DNA of 64,000 nucleotides, taken from positions 64,001-128,000 of the IMG/VR virus record IMGVR_UViG_3300020416_000001; one strand, 5' to 3'. Every line of letters begins with the position of its first letter. Position 1 is the first letter of the stretch. A model generated the notes under the pieces. It was not told where the DNA came from and searched no databases. It saw only the letters and a program-made list of their open reading frames with translations. The position numbers were made by a program, and so were the translations under genes. The stretch comes from a virus. Below, one piece after another: positions 39,912 through 49,925 of this stretch.

Positions 39912-41371
39912 TGGTAACCATTGAAAAAAAGAATGAAGCGTTCTTGAAAATCAAGGCGGAACTCAGCGTACACAAGGAGTTATCAGACTACTTTACGTTC
40001 GAGGTGCCTGAAGCAAAGTTCCTCAAAACCCAGAAGAGATATAAGTATTGGGACGGTAAGATCCGTCTATACTCACCTGGGACTGGAGAGTTACCTTTAG
40101 GATTGTTTCATTATCTTGAAGAATGGTTACAAAAGAAAAATTATTCCTATACAATAGAGGAGAACAAATTCTGTGGCACACCAGGTGAACAAGACACTCT
40201 TATCACACCCGAGGCAGTTAATGGTTTTGTGCGATCTCTGGGTGCTCCTTTCAAGGCAAGAGATTACCAACTACAATCAGTTTACGCAGCACTTCGGCAC
40301 AACCGTAGACTACTATTGTCCCCCACAGGATCAGGAAAATCCTTCATAATCTATTGCCTAATTAGATGGCACCTACAGTTTAAGAGAGAAATATTAATAC
40401 TCGTACCCACAACCTCACTGGTTGAACAACTTTATAAGGACATTGAACAGTATGGATTCTACGCTCGCAATACCATCCACAAAATCTACGCAGGAAGAGA
40501 CCGTTATATCGAGAGTCCTGTTGTCATTTCTACGTGGCAATCTATCTACAAGGAATCTAAAAATTACTTTAATAGGTTTGATGTTGTTATCGGCGACGAA
40601 GCGCACCTCTACAAAGCAAAGTCTCTAACAGGTATTCTCAATAAATGCCACAATGCCAAGTACAGGATTGGATTGACTGGCACCCTTGATGGTATGCAGT
40701 GTCATCAACTGCAACTGGAAGGTGTATTTGGTAAGGTGAATAGTGCTATACGCACAAAGGATCTGCAGAAGAAAGGACACTTGACAGAACTGAAGATAAA
40801 CATTCTGTTGTGTAAGCATAGATATACTCGCTTCGAGGATTATCAGGAAGAGATTAACTATATCATATCCAATGAAAAACGCAACAAGATCATCACTGGT
40901 CTTGCGCGAGACTTACCTGGAAACACACTGGTACTATTCAACTACGTGGAGAAACACGGAGAACCTCTTTACGAAATGATAAATAGTAAAGGAGGAGACA
41001 AACATATCTTCTTTATACACGGAAAAGTTCCTACAGAGGAACGAGAAGAAGCACGCCAGATTTGTGAGAACACCGACAAAGCAATCATCCTTGCATCGTA
41101 CGGTACTTTCTCCACTGGTATCAATATAAAAAACCTACATAATGTGATATTCGCATCTCCATCAAAGTCTAGGATTCGCAATCTTCAGTCTATTGGTAGA
41201 GCATTACGGAAGCACGACTCTAAAGGTCAAGCAACTCTATATGATTTTGCTGATGATATAAGCAATGGTCATTTTCACAATGCAACTTTGAACCATTTAG
41301 TTGAACGTATTCGTACTTACAAGGATGAGAAGTTCGACTATTCAATCACAAAGATCAAACTAGGAGAATAG
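39911..41371 (+). CDS. uvsW: DNA helicase UvsW
   Basis: WDGKIRL, RDYQ, SPTGSGKS, GDEAH, GLTGT, LQSIGR. Confidence 0.97.
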   Translation: MVTIEKKNEAFLKIKAELSVHKELSDYFTFEVPEAKFLKTQKRYKYWDGKIRLYSPGTGELPLGLFHYLEEWLQKKNYSYTIEENKFCGTPGEQDTLITPEAVNGFVRSLGAPFKARDYQLQSVYAALRHNRRLLLSPTGSGKSFIIYCLIRWHLQFKREILILVPTTSLVEQLYKDIEQYGFYARNTIHKIYAGRDRYIESPVVISTWQSIYKESKNYFNRFDVVIGDEAHLYKAKSLTGILNKCHNAKYRIGLTGTLDGMQCHQLQLEGVFGKVNSAIRTKDLQKKGHLTELKINILLCKHRYTRFEDYQEEINYIISNEKRNKIITGLARDLPGNTLVLFNYVEKHGEPLYEMINSKGGDKHIFFIHGKVPTEEREEARQICENTDKAIILASYGTFSTGINIKNLHNVIFASPSKSRIRNLQSIGRALRKHDSKGQATLYDFADDISNGHFHNATLNHLVERIRTYKDEKFDYSITKIKLGE

Positions 41372-41372
41372 T

Positions 41373-41810
41373 ATGTCTCTAAATTACATAAAACCTGATG
41401 AAGAATTCTTTGGATGTATGAAACTTACATCTGGAGAGGAACTACTTGGGCGAATTGTTGTAGTAGAGGAGCACAAAGGTTTCTATTGTGCATTCATTCA
41501 AGACCCCGCTAAGGTTCACTCTAGTGAAAAAGTTATTGATGAAAAGCGGGCGGTCGCTGTAGGTCTCAAGAAATGGATGATCTTTTCTGATGAAGATTTC
41601 TTTATCATTCCTGAAGAAAGAATCATAACAATCGCGCCGATGTCGCACGACGCGGTTCTGATGTATAAGTTTTTTTGTAAGCAGGAACTCAAGAAAAATC
41701 CCGACGACCTCCCCGATTCGAGTATTGAACTGACTCAGGAAATGGGTCTGATCGGGAAAGTTGAAGAAGCAAGAAAGAAACTTGAACAACTCTTTAACGG
41801 TAATAGCTAA
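41373..41810 (+). CDS. conserved hypothetical protein, possibly Sm-like
   Basis: KLTSGEELLG...P...W; sits between uvsW and gp55. Confidence 0.65.
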   Translation: MSLNYIKPDEEFFGCMKLTSGEELLGRIVVVEEHKGFYCAFIQDPAKVHSSEKVIDEKRAVAVGLKKWMIFSDEDFFIIPEERIITIAPMSHDAVLMYKFFCKQELKKNPDDLPDSSIELTQEMGLIGKVEEARKKLEQLFNGNS

Positions 41811-41839
41811 GTATATCCTTTGCAACCCTGACAGTGTTG

Positions 41840-41868
41840 ATCATAATTGTTTTAGAGACCAATGTCAA
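41840..41868 (-). promoter_or_regulatory. sigma70-type promoter on the antisense strand
   Basis: Minus strand reads TTGACA-17 nt-TATGAT. Confidence 0.75.
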
Positions 41869-41883
41869 GGGTATCAATAGATA

Positions 41884-41912
41884 TTGACGAGAACCCTGTT
41901 CTATGTTATGAT
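41884..41912 (+). promoter_or_regulatory. sigma70-type promoter of gp55
   Basis: TTGACG-17 nt-TATGAT with extended -10 TG. Confidence 0.8.
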
Positions 41913-41936
41913 TTCATTATGAATTAACCATACCGT

Positions 41937-42419
41937 ATGGCGTTAATGGCACCAAGGCGAACCAAAAATCAGCACTATGTAGATAACCAGAAGTTCCTTG
42001 CTGCTATCGTGGATTACCGCGACCGTGTGGAGATTAGTAAAGTTCGCAATAAACCAAAACCTAGGATCAATGAATACATTGGAGAGTGTTTCCTAAAGAT
42101 CGCTACACACCTTTCATATAGACCTAACTTCATCAACTATATGTACAAGGAAGATATGATCTCAGATGGTATCGAGAACTGTGTACAGTACATTGACAAC
42201 TTTGATCCTGCTAAGAGTAAGAACCCTTTTGCATATTTTACTCAGATCGTTTACTATGCTTTCCTAAGAAGAATTGCTAAAGAGAAAAGACAGATGGATA
42301 TTAAGGATAAGATCATTGAGAAGTCTGGTTTCGATCAAGTATTCCATAGTGATGGTGATGGAGATACCGCTACACTGAATAGTATTAAGTCCCGTATTGA
42401 AATGAACAATCGTTACTAA
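41937..42419 (+). CDS. gp55: late sigma factor gp55
   Basis: HYVDN, YIGECFLKIA, DMISDGIENC, NPFAYFTQI. Confidence 0.97.
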   Translation: MALMAPRRTKNQHYVDNQKFLAAIVDYRDRVEISKVRNKPKPRINEYIGECFLKIATHLSYRPNFINYMYKEDMISDGIENCVQYIDNFDPAKSKNPFAYFTQIVYYAFLRRIAKEKRQMDIKDKIIEKSGFDQVFHSDGDGDTATLNSIKSRIEMNNRY

Positions 42420-43090
42420 TGATAGTAGAACAACTTGCAACCGTAATTCGATGTGCGGTTCTGGAGTTGGATGCTGTACGAGTTGAAACACCACAAGATT
42501 ATATCTTCAACGGTGATCTTGTAATTAAAAACGAGATCTATAAGTGTGAAGGTCTTCGTAAGTTACATCTTGAGATAGCAAAAACAAGTGCACTAGATGT
42601 ATTGCACTGTGTATTTTTTCCAGACTTTGAATACCCAATACCTATCTTCGGTGCTGACATCATCGCAACCAAGACAACAGTTACTGCTGCTATTGTAGAT
42701 GTATCTCCTGTACATAAATGCGGTAACATATATGCTAGTATAGCACCCTTAGCAAACTCGTATCATTTCTCTACGAATAGACCACTACCACTATGGGGTG
42801 AGATCTTCTCTCAATACTGTAAGTTTGTAAGGTTAAAGACAGAGAAAGAAAAATTAGACTTCGTTAACCTTGTCAATAATATACTGATGGTATATACAGA
42901 CTATGCCAAATCAGCACAAAGGGATGACAAGTGGGTGAATAATATGTTAAGATTGGATGACCAGATCTGGTACTGTAAATCCCAGAAACAAAACAAGAAG
43001 ACTCTCGCTGTTCTGAGTCAATGGTTCAATCCAGAATTTGCCAAGAGATACATCGACGAGATGCTCTTCGATACACCCAAGATCAAATGA
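42419..43090 (+). CDS. pcyA: phycocyanobilin:ferredoxin oxidoreductase
   Basis: RKLHLEIA (His/Glu), LHCVFFP (His), PIFGADII (Asp), AAIVDVSP, QKQNKKT. Confidence 0.88.
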   Translation: MIVEQLATVIRCAVLELDAVRVETPQDYIFNGDLVIKNEIYKCEGLRKLHLEIAKTSALDVLHCVFFPDFEYPIPIFGADIIATKTTVTAAIVDVSPVHKCGNIYASIAPLANSYHFSTNRPLPLWGEIFSQYCKFVRLKTEKEKLDFVNLVNNILMVYTDYAKSAQRDDKWVNNMLRLDDQIWYCKSQKQNKKTLAVLSQWFNPEFAKRYIDEMLFDTPKIK

Positions 43091-43221
43091 ACGATTCAAC
43101 ATTGCAACGCATCGCAGATGCACTTGAGAGAATTGCTTCCTCTCTTGAACACCTTCACATTGAGGAGATTGAACACAACCACATTGAGGGTGACATTAAC
43201 ACACACGCTAAAACTTGGTAA
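43087..43221 (+). CDS. 44-aa hypothetical protein
   Basis: ATGA overlap; LQRIADALERIA followed by HLHIEEIEHNH. Confidence 0.6.
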   Translation: MNDSTLQRIADALERIASSLEHLHIEEIEHNHIEGDINTHAKTW

Positions 43222-43439
43222 TGAGACTTACACAAAAACTAATCGATGAGATCCAGATTGCTCTACAGCATACCAAAAAGGATGGTACAGTAAACTGGAA
43301 AGACGGTGATGAGATTGAAGTCAGTGTTGCAGGTACGTTTGCTGCTGACAAGTTCATTGTCATCAACAATAGATCCAAGAAACCTTGGACACCATCAATC
43401 AATAGTACACACCACCCCGATTATAAAAAACCAGAATGA
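43221..43439 (+). CDS. conserved hypothetical protein
   Basis: TAATG coupling; HTKKDGTVNW, AGTFAADKFIVI. Confidence 0.7.
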   Translation: MRLTQKLIDEIQIALQHTKKDGTVNWKDGDEIEVSVAGTFAADKFIVINNRSKKPWTPSINSTHHPDYKKPE

Positions 43440-44482
43440 AAGTCCTACTAATTACAGATCAACATTTTGGTGTCCGTAATGATCATCCTGTATTCCTAGA
43501 AAAATACAGGCAGTTCTATACGAACACTGTGATTCCGTATATTAAGAGGAATAAGATTGACACGATCTTTTGTCTGGGCGATACCTTTGACAAGCGTAAG
43601 TCAATCAATTTTGCTTCTCTTGAAGCAGCACGTGATATGTGGTTTGATCCCCTGAGAGAAATGGGTGTCAAAGTAACTACCCTTATCGGTAACCACGACA
43701 TATACTATAAGAATACTTTACGTGTTAATGCACCCAATCATCTACTGGGTGAGTACGATAATATTACTGTCATAGATGAACCCACAGAAATAGAATACGG
43801 TGGTAAGAAGTTTATGTTCTTGCCGTGGATTTGTCCTGATGATAAAGAAAAATTTGGCGACGCAGTTGATAAGTCTGATGCTGATGTTCTTCTCGGACAT
43901 CTAGAACTAAATGGATTCGAAGCAATCCCAGGTCACGTGATGGAGCACGGAGAAGATCCTGCAAGGTATGAGAGGTTCCCTCTAGTTTGTACAGGTCACT
44001 ATCATATGAAATCTAGGAGAGGTAATATCCAATACCTAGGAAACCCGTACCAACTCTACTGGAATGATTACGGTCAGAGACGTGGATTCCACGTCCTAAA
44101 TACTGATACGTTGAAGTTAACATTTATACAAAACAAATACGATATTTTTTGCAAACTTTACTACGACGATTCTAGGAATGATTACGATGACATTCCTGAT
44201 CTCTCACAACTGAAAGGATCATTTGTTAAACTAATAGTACAGAACAGATCAAATCAAAAATGGTTTGATCGAATGATCAAAGCAATTCAACAGGCAGACG
44301 TAGCAGATCTAAAGATCATTGAGGATCTGACACTGGATGCACCCGAGGTCAAAGAAGATGTTAAGATGGAAGATACTATGAGTATCCTTGAAACTTACGT
44401 TATGGATCTTGAGGAAACTGTTGATAAGAAAAACGTCGTTAACATTCTGAAATCACTCTATGTCGAATCACTAAATCTTTAA
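43436..44482 (+). CDS. gp47: recombination endonuclease gp47 (Mre11/SbcD-like)
   Basis: TDQHFG, GDTFD, GNHD, GHLE, GHYH. Confidence 0.95.
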   Translation: MKVLLITDQHFGVRNDHPVFLEKYRQFYTNTVIPYIKRNKIDTIFCLGDTFDKRKSINFASLEAARDMWFDPLREMGVKVTTLIGNHDIYYKNTLRVNAPNHLLGEYDNITVIDEPTEIEYGGKKFMFLPWICPDDKEKFGDAVDKSDADVLLGHLELNGFEAIPGHVMEHGEDPARYERFPLVCTGHYHMKSRRGNIQYLGNPYQLYWNDYGQRRGFHVLNTDTLKLTFIQNKYDIFCKLYYDDSRNDYDDIPDLSQLKGSFVKLIVQNRSNQKWFDRMIKAIQQADVADLKIIEDLTLDAPEVKEDVKMEDTMSILETYVMDLEETVDKKNVVNILKSLYVESLNL

Positions 44483-44751
44483 TGTTCATTCTTACAGACG
44501 GAAAAACTGGTGGTGTCTATGCCGTAACTCCTAATGGGAAAAACGATCCCAAGGGTCCTAAGGCAGTGCAAATTTTCGTTGACAAAGATGATGCGATACG
44601 CTATAATTTAATGCTAGAGGCAAACGATTATGATCGTAAACTAGACGTGCTTGAGGTTGAGTTCGACCTCGTAGTACAGAACTGTCTAGCACATCGATAT
44701 GACTACGTTATTGTTAAACCTGATCAAGTGGTGGTTCCTCCAACCGATTAA
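44482..44751 (+). CDS. conserved hypothetical protein
   Basis: F..KDDA.RY, VVVPP; between gp47 and gp46. Confidence 0.7.
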   Translation: MFILTDGKTGGVYAVTPNGKNDPKGPKAVQIFVDKDDAIRYNLMLEANDYDRKLDVLEVEFDLVVQNCLAHRYDYVIVKPDQVVVPPTD

Positions 44752-44753
44752 TT

Positions 44754-46472
44754 ATGATTGTATTTGAGAAACTTCGATGGAGAAATTTCTTATCAACAGG
44801 ACAAAACTTCACTGAACTAGATCTCATCGACACATCCTCAACTCTTGTTGTGGGTAATAACGGTGCAGGTAAGTCCACGATGTTGGATGCTTTGTGCTTT
44901 GGACTCTTCAATAGACCTTTCCGTAAGGTTTCCAAGTCACAACTTGTTAATACTATTAATGAAAGAGATACGATTGTAGAAATAGATTTTAGTATTGGAT
45001 CTGTATCGTACAAAGTTGTACGAGGAATGAAACCCAATGTCTTCGAAATCTGGAGGAATGGTTCCCTCGTCGATCAGGACGCAGCGAATAGAGACTATCA
45101 AAAATACTTGGAGCAGAGCATACTTAAACTTAACTTCAAGTCTTTCACTCAGGTTGTTATTCTTGGTAGTTCAACTTTTGTTCCTTTTATGCAGTTGTCT
45201 GCACCGCATAGAAGAGAGGTTATCGAAGATCTGTTGGACATCCAAATCTTCTCGCAGATGAATATGCTGCTGAAGGAGAGAGTAAAAGATAATAGAGAAC
45301 AACTAAAAGAATGTGAGCATCAGTTACAACTTGCAGAACAAGCAATTACTTCTCAGAAGAGAACTGTTGATAAACTGTCTGCAGTAAATGATGAACGTAT
45401 CAATAGACAGCAACAAAAATTTAAGGACAACGAAGATAGGATGTTGGTAATCAAAGAAGAGATTGCTATCATCGAACAGCGTGTCATCGGACTCAAGTCT
45501 ATGCAAGAAGAGTTGATGAAGCACGAGAACCTTATGATGCAACAGAATAAGATCAAGGGCAAACTAGAAGACAAGAGTAAGAAGTTTGTCAAGGACAAAG
45601 CATTCTTTGAGACCAACTCAACCTGTCCTACTTGTTCTCAGGACATTGAAGAATCATTTAGAAATATGAAGGTTTCTATCTATACTAAAAAGCACGATGA
45701 TTTGCGTAGTGCAATTACAGAACTTGAAACACAGATTCAAGATACCCTAGAGATTAGTAGTAACATAAAGACTGAGACAGACAAGTTGTCTGAGGATCAG
45801 TTTGAGATCCGTCGTTTATATAATGAAGAAAAGAATCTGATGAAAGAGAACAGTGAGATCCTATCTCACGTACAGAAACTAAGCACACTGCCTGACATTA
45901 CTAAGGAGAAAGAACAACTCAAAATATTCCAAGAAACTTATGATGAGCGAGAAGAGTCTTGTTCAAAAGTTACAAAAGAAACTTTGGATTATAAACTAGT
46001 AGGAACTCTCCTCAAGGATGGTGGTATCAAGGCAAAGATTATCTCAAAGTATATTCCTATCATCAACCAGAGAATCAATAAGTATCTGGGAGAGATGGAC
46101 ACCTTTGTCAATTTTACCCTTGACGAAGAATTCTCTGAGGTGATAAAATCTCGCCATCGCGACAAGTTCTCCTATGCCTCATTCAGTGAGGGAGAGAAGC
46201 AGAAAATTGATCTGTCATTATTATTTACTTGGAGACACGTTGCGAAACTAAAAAACTCTGTTGCTACTAATCTGCTCATCCTAGATGAGGTGTTTGATTC
46301 ATCACTAGATAATCAAGCAACTGATGAACTCTTAAAAATTCTTAAGAGTTTAGGTAGCGAAACAAACTTCTTTGTTATCTCACACAAAGGTGAGGTTCTT
46401 GCAGACAAGTTTGAGAAACAAATCCGTTTCGAAAAGATCAACGGGTTCAGTAAATCCTTCACGTATGAGTAA
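44754..46472 (+). CDS. gp46: recombination ATPase gp46 (Rad50/SbcC-like)
   Basis: GNNGAGKST, CPTC hook, FSEGEK, LILDEVFD, ISHK. Confidence 0.97.
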   Translation: MIVFEKLRWRNFLSTGQNFTELDLIDTSSTLVVGNNGAGKSTMLDALCFGLFNRPFRKVSKSQLVNTINERDTIVEIDFSIGSVSYKVVRGMKPNVFEIWRNGSLVDQDAANRDYQKYLEQSILKLNFKSFTQVVILGSSTFVPFMQLSAPHRREVIEDLLDIQIFSQMNMLLKERVKDNREQLKECEHQLQLAEQAITSQKRTVDKLSAVNDERINRQQQKFKDNEDRMLVIKEEIAIIEQRVIGLKSMQEELMKHENLMMQQNKIKGKLEDKSKKFVKDKAFFETNSTCPTCSQDIEESFRNMKVSIYTKKHDDLRSAITELETQIQDTLEISSNIKTETDKLSEDQFEIRRLYNEEKNLMKENSEILSHVQKLSTLPDITKEKEQLKIFQETYDEREESCSKVTKETLDYKLVGTLLKDGGIKAKIISKYIPIINQRINKYLGEMDTFVNFTLDEEFSEVIKSRHRDKFSYASFSEGEKQKIDLSLLFTWRHVAKLKNSVATNLLILDEVFDSSLDNQATDELLKILKSLGSETNFFVISHKGEVLADKFEKQIRFEKINGFSKSFTYE

Positions 46473-47050
46473 TGTTTAGTCATCCATTTTTTACCAATCC
46501 AGATGGGTATCCAAAGCACGCTGATTTGAAAGTAGATCTACTTGAATCACGTGACAAGATTATTCAAGACTTCAACATTTTCTATGGAACTGGGTACTCG
46601 ACTGTTCATACTAACCCTAACTATCATCTGGTATATCCAGAGTTTGCAGATTGGGTTCTATCGAATATTGAACCTTTTGACCACGAACTCAAAATACACC
46701 AGATGTGGGTCAACGTTAATCCGCACGGCGGGTTTCAAATGCGTCACAACCACGCAGACGCAGATATGGCAGGCACCTACTATCTCAAGGTCCCACCAGG
46801 GGATACTGGGGATATTTTCTTCTATCATCCTAGCAACGCTGTCGATACGCTAAATAGAATTCAACCATACTGGAACTATACACACTGTCAGATTCCTAGA
46901 GAACGAGACTTGTATTTCTGGCCAGGTTATCAGGACCACGAAGTCCGACAAAATTATGAGAATCAAGAACGATGGTCTATCAGTTTCACTCTGAAAATTC
47001 CACAGAAGATCCGAGAGATAAGATTTCCCAGTTTACCCAAGACTTCTTGA
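46472..47050 (+). CDS. putative 2OG-Fe(II) oxygenase (TIGR02466-like)
   Basis: MWVN...HNH...GTYY...WPGYQDHEV...RWSISF. Confidence 0.8.
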   Translation: MFSHPFFTNPDGYPKHADLKVDLLESRDKIIQDFNIFYGTGYSTVHTNPNYHLVYPEFADWVLSNIEPFDHELKIHQMWVNVNPHGGFQMRHNHADADMAGTYYLKVPPGDTGDIFFYHPSNAVDTLNRIQPYWNYTHCQIPRERDLYFWPGYQDHEVRQNYENQERWSISFTLKIPQKIREIRFPSLPKTS

Positions 47051-47607
47051 ATCCTCTGACAAATGTTAAAGTAGAACTATTCCCTACTACACTCTATGTT
47101 TTTTCCCACCATAACTCAGCGATTGACAAAGAGATTGAAAACATACCTGACGATCCTGAGATACTATCCCACCTATCGCCAGGGGCAAAACCAAGTATTG
47201 TCGAAGGATCACATCAGGGTATGTACAGTCTTCAACTCTTCCGACGATATGAACTACCTGCCCTCAGTGAGTTCATACGCAACAGTATGGAGCAAGTTCT
47301 TCCAGACGCGAAAATTTTCCAGTCTTGGATAAATAGATTACCGAAGGGTGCGAAGCAAGAGGTACATACTCACGCAAATGCAGTTCTGTCTGGTATATAT
47401 TATCACAACACTACACCCGAGCAAGGTGGTATAGTGTTTATGAATCCCAATCCGTTCTCCAAGATGGCAATGTGGAATACTGAGGAAGGTAGGTTCTTCC
47501 CATCCACACCAAGAACATTAGTATTGTTTCCATCGTGGTTAGAACATAAGACATCGGAAAACAGATCAGATAAACTACGAGTCTCGATTGCATTCAATGC
47601 AAAGTAG
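47047..47607 (+). CDS. putative 2OG-Fe(II) oxygenase
   Basis: SWIN...HTHANAVLSGIYY...FPSWLEH...RVSIAFN; probable TTG start overlapping the upstream stop. Confidence 0.8.
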   Translation: MNPLTNVKVELFPTTLYVFSHHNSAIDKEIENIPDDPEILSHLSPGAKPSIVEGSHQGMYSLQLFRRYELPALSEFIRNSMEQVLPDAKIFQSWINRLPKGAKQEVHTHANAVLSGIYYHNTTPEQGGIVFMNPNPFSKMAMWNTEEGRFFPSTPRTLVLFPSWLEHKTSENRSDKLRVSIAFNAK

Positions 47608-47662
47608 ACAGTTGACAAAGTGGCACACTAACCCTTCCATCTCGGTGGAGGGGTTTTATAAT
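47607..47662 (+). promoter_or_regulatory. early-type promoter with upstream motif and internal hairpin/terminator
   Basis: GACA-N7-AAGTGGCACA-N29-TATAAT; CCCTTCCA/TGGAGGGG hairpin followed by TTTT. Confidence 0.75.
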
Positions 47663-47687
47663 ATGTACATACGACACACGGAAACAA

Positions 47688-49853
47688 ATGACAGTAAACA
47701 AAGGAGTCAAAGGTACACTCGCTAAGTTGCTCGCAACTGAAGACCTTATCATTGAGCACAAGAATTGTCAGACTGCATCATTCGATGTCAAGCGTCGTGT
47801 TCTTACTCTTCCTATCTGGGACAAAGCAAGCGAAGAAGTTTACGATCTTCTAGTTGCACACGAGGTAGGTCACGCTTTGTTTACACCTTCAGAGTGGACA
47901 ACAGATCAGTTCAAGTGCCCTCAGTCCTATGTAAACGTTACTGAAGATGCACGTATCGAGAAGTTGATGAAGCGTAAGTATGCAGGTCTTCCTAAAACAT
48001 TCTACAGAGGTTACAAAGAACTCAACGACGATGACTTCTTCCAAGCAGAGAATCCTGAGAAGTGCAACCTAATCGACCGCATCAATCTTTTCTTCAAGAT
48101 CGGTAACTACAGAGATATTCCTTTCACTGCTGAAGAGAAAGTATTTGTAAAAGAGACTGGCGATGCAGAAACATTCCAAGAGTCTTGCGATGTTGCTCTC
48201 AAAGTTTTCAAGTATATGAAAGAAAAGCAGGAGCAAATGCAAGAGGTTGAGGTTCCTGCAGCACCTAAAGGTGCAGACCAAGGTGCTCCATCAGGTGACA
48301 CTGTTGAGTCTGAAGACAAGTCAGAGAACACAGCAGGCGAAGGCGACAAGTTTCAAGAAGACATCAATCCTGACGCTGACCTTGATGCACCTGTAGATGA
48401 GACAAACTCTCAGCAACCTACAATCGAGGAGCAGAGTGGTAATGAAGGTTCAGATTCAAAGAATCCTCTTGAGGCAATGACTGACAAAGCATTCCAAGAG
48501 GCAGTCAAGGATCTTGTAGAGAACACATACGACTCTGAGTACATCCAGATTCCTAAGATTGACACAAAAAATATGATCGTATCTTGGGAGAAACTAGTTG
48601 AGTTGTCTGAAGAGCACTGGAATGCAGCAATCGATGAGTACGAAGTTGCAGATCTTGCCAAGTCCAAGACTGACTACAACGAGTTCATCAAAAAATCTCA
48701 AAAGGAAATCAACTTCCTTGTTAAAGAGTTTGAGTGCCGTAAAGCAGCAGACTCCTATGCACGTCAACTTACATCTAAGACTGGTGTTCTTAACACGACT
48801 GTGTTGCACCAGTACAAGTACAACGATGACATCTTCAAGCGTGTGACTGTTGTACCTGACGGTAAGAACCACGGTATGATCTTCCTTCTCGACTGGTCAG
48901 GTTCTATGTCTAACTGCCTGTTCGATACTGCAAAGCAAGTCCTACAACTTGCACACTTCTGCAGAAAGATCAACATCCCATTCCGTTGCTATGCTTTCAA
49001 CTATGCTTGGAATGCATTCTATCCTGATAGACCACAAGATGAGCGTTTCACTCCTGCCTATGGAGACATCTCATTCTCTAACGGATTCTGTCTTGTAGAA
49101 ATGCTTTCTTCTGAAGCAAAGAAAAAAGCAGACTTCGAGCGTACTTGCTTGACATTCTGGAGAAACGTTGCATCTAACTGCAGCGACAGAGGTAACTGGT
49201 ATGGACGTTACTATCGTTTCAACCACTGCCCAGGTCTAGGTCTTAGTGGCACACCACTCCTAGAGTCTATTGCAGCAATGCACTCAGTCATCCCTCAGTT
49301 CAAAAAAGAGACTGGTGCTCAGAAAGTATCTCTCTCAGTTCTATCTGATGGAGAGGCAGGACCCTGCTCATTCTTCTGTGAGCGTGCTAACCTCTTCTCA
49401 GGCAGATTGTTCGAGAACACATACGGTCGTAGGTGCCAACTTCGTGACCGTAAGATCGGTAAGATCTATCAAAAGGAAGACAATCCTTCATACCAACTTC
49501 AGACATTCCTTGAGAACCTCAAGGACAGATTCCCTGAGGTAACTATCGTAGGTTTCCGTCTTGTAGCACCTAGAGATTCATACTCATACTTCCGTCAACT
49601 TGGTTTTATGGGTCAACTCAAGCGTGTAGATCTTGCACACAATAAGTTCAAGAAGGACAAGTTTGTACAGATCGATACTTCTAAGTACGATGTACTCTAT
49701 GTACTTCCTACAAACAACCTTGAAGAGTCCGAGTCTATCGAAGTCGAGGACGGTGCAGAGATCAAGCAGATCCGTGCTGCCTTCAAGAAACTTTACAAAG
49801 GCAAGAACAGCAACAAGAAGATGCTTTCTTCCCTCAGTAAGACAATCGCATAA
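47688..49853 (+). CDS. HExxH metallopeptidase-like plus VWA-domain protein (CobT-like partner)
   Basis: AHEVGH, NVTEDARIE, MIDAS DWSGSM, SGTPL, LSDGE. Confidence 0.8.
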   Translation: MTVNKGVKGTLAKLLATEDLIIEHKNCQTASFDVKRRVLTLPIWDKASEEVYDLLVAHEVGHALFTPSEWTTDQFKCPQSYVNVTEDARIEKLMKRKYAGLPKTFYRGYKELNDDDFFQAENPEKCNLIDRINLFFKIGNYRDIPFTAEEKVFVKETGDAETFQESCDVALKVFKYMKEKQEQMQEVEVPAAPKGADQGAPSGDTVESEDKSENTAGEGDKFQEDINPDADLDAPVDETNSQQPTIEEQSGNEGSDSKNPLEAMTDKAFQEAVKDLVENTYDSEYIQIPKIDTKNMIVSWEKLVELSEEHWNAAIDEYEVADLAKSKTDYNEFIKKSQKEINFLVKEFECRKAADSYARQLTSKTGVLNTTVLHQYKYNDDIFKRVTVVPDGKNHGMIFLLDWSGSMSNCLFDTAKQVLQLAHFCRKINIPFRCYAFNYAWNAFYPDRPQDERFTPAYGDISFSNGFCLVEMLSSEAKKKADFERTCLTFWRNVASNCSDRGNWYGRYYRFNHCPGLGLSGTPLLESIAAMHSVIPQFKKETGAQKVSLSVLSDGEAGPCSFFCERANLFSGRLFENTYGRRCQLRDRKIGKIYQKEDNPSYQLQTFLENLKDRFPEVTIVGFRLVAPRDSYSYFRQLGFMGQLKRVDLAHNKFKKDKFVQIDTSKYDVLYVLPTNNLEESESIEVEDGAEIKQIRAAFKKLYKGKNSNKKMLSSLSKTIA

Positions 49854-49896
49854 GTGGCACACGGACCTCCCATCCGTGGTCCATCTGCTCTATACT
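49841..49896 (+). promoter_or_regulatory. early-type promoter, second copy
   Basis: GACA-N7-AAGTGGCACA-N29-TATACT. Confidence 0.75.
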
Positions 49897-49925
49897 TAAT
49901 TCATACAAACAAACACATAAAACAA

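Noticed and set aside
41442-41825. 127-aa minus ORF as the target of the antisense promoter
   Set aside because: It has a TTG start, no RBS and lies almost wholly opposite a conserved gene; not excluded, but unsupported
49854-49925. N-terminal extension of the AAA ATPase; likewise track starts 22482, 46972, 55256 and 60677
   Set aside because: The extensions cover promoter/UTR sequence or upstream genes; downstream starts fit better
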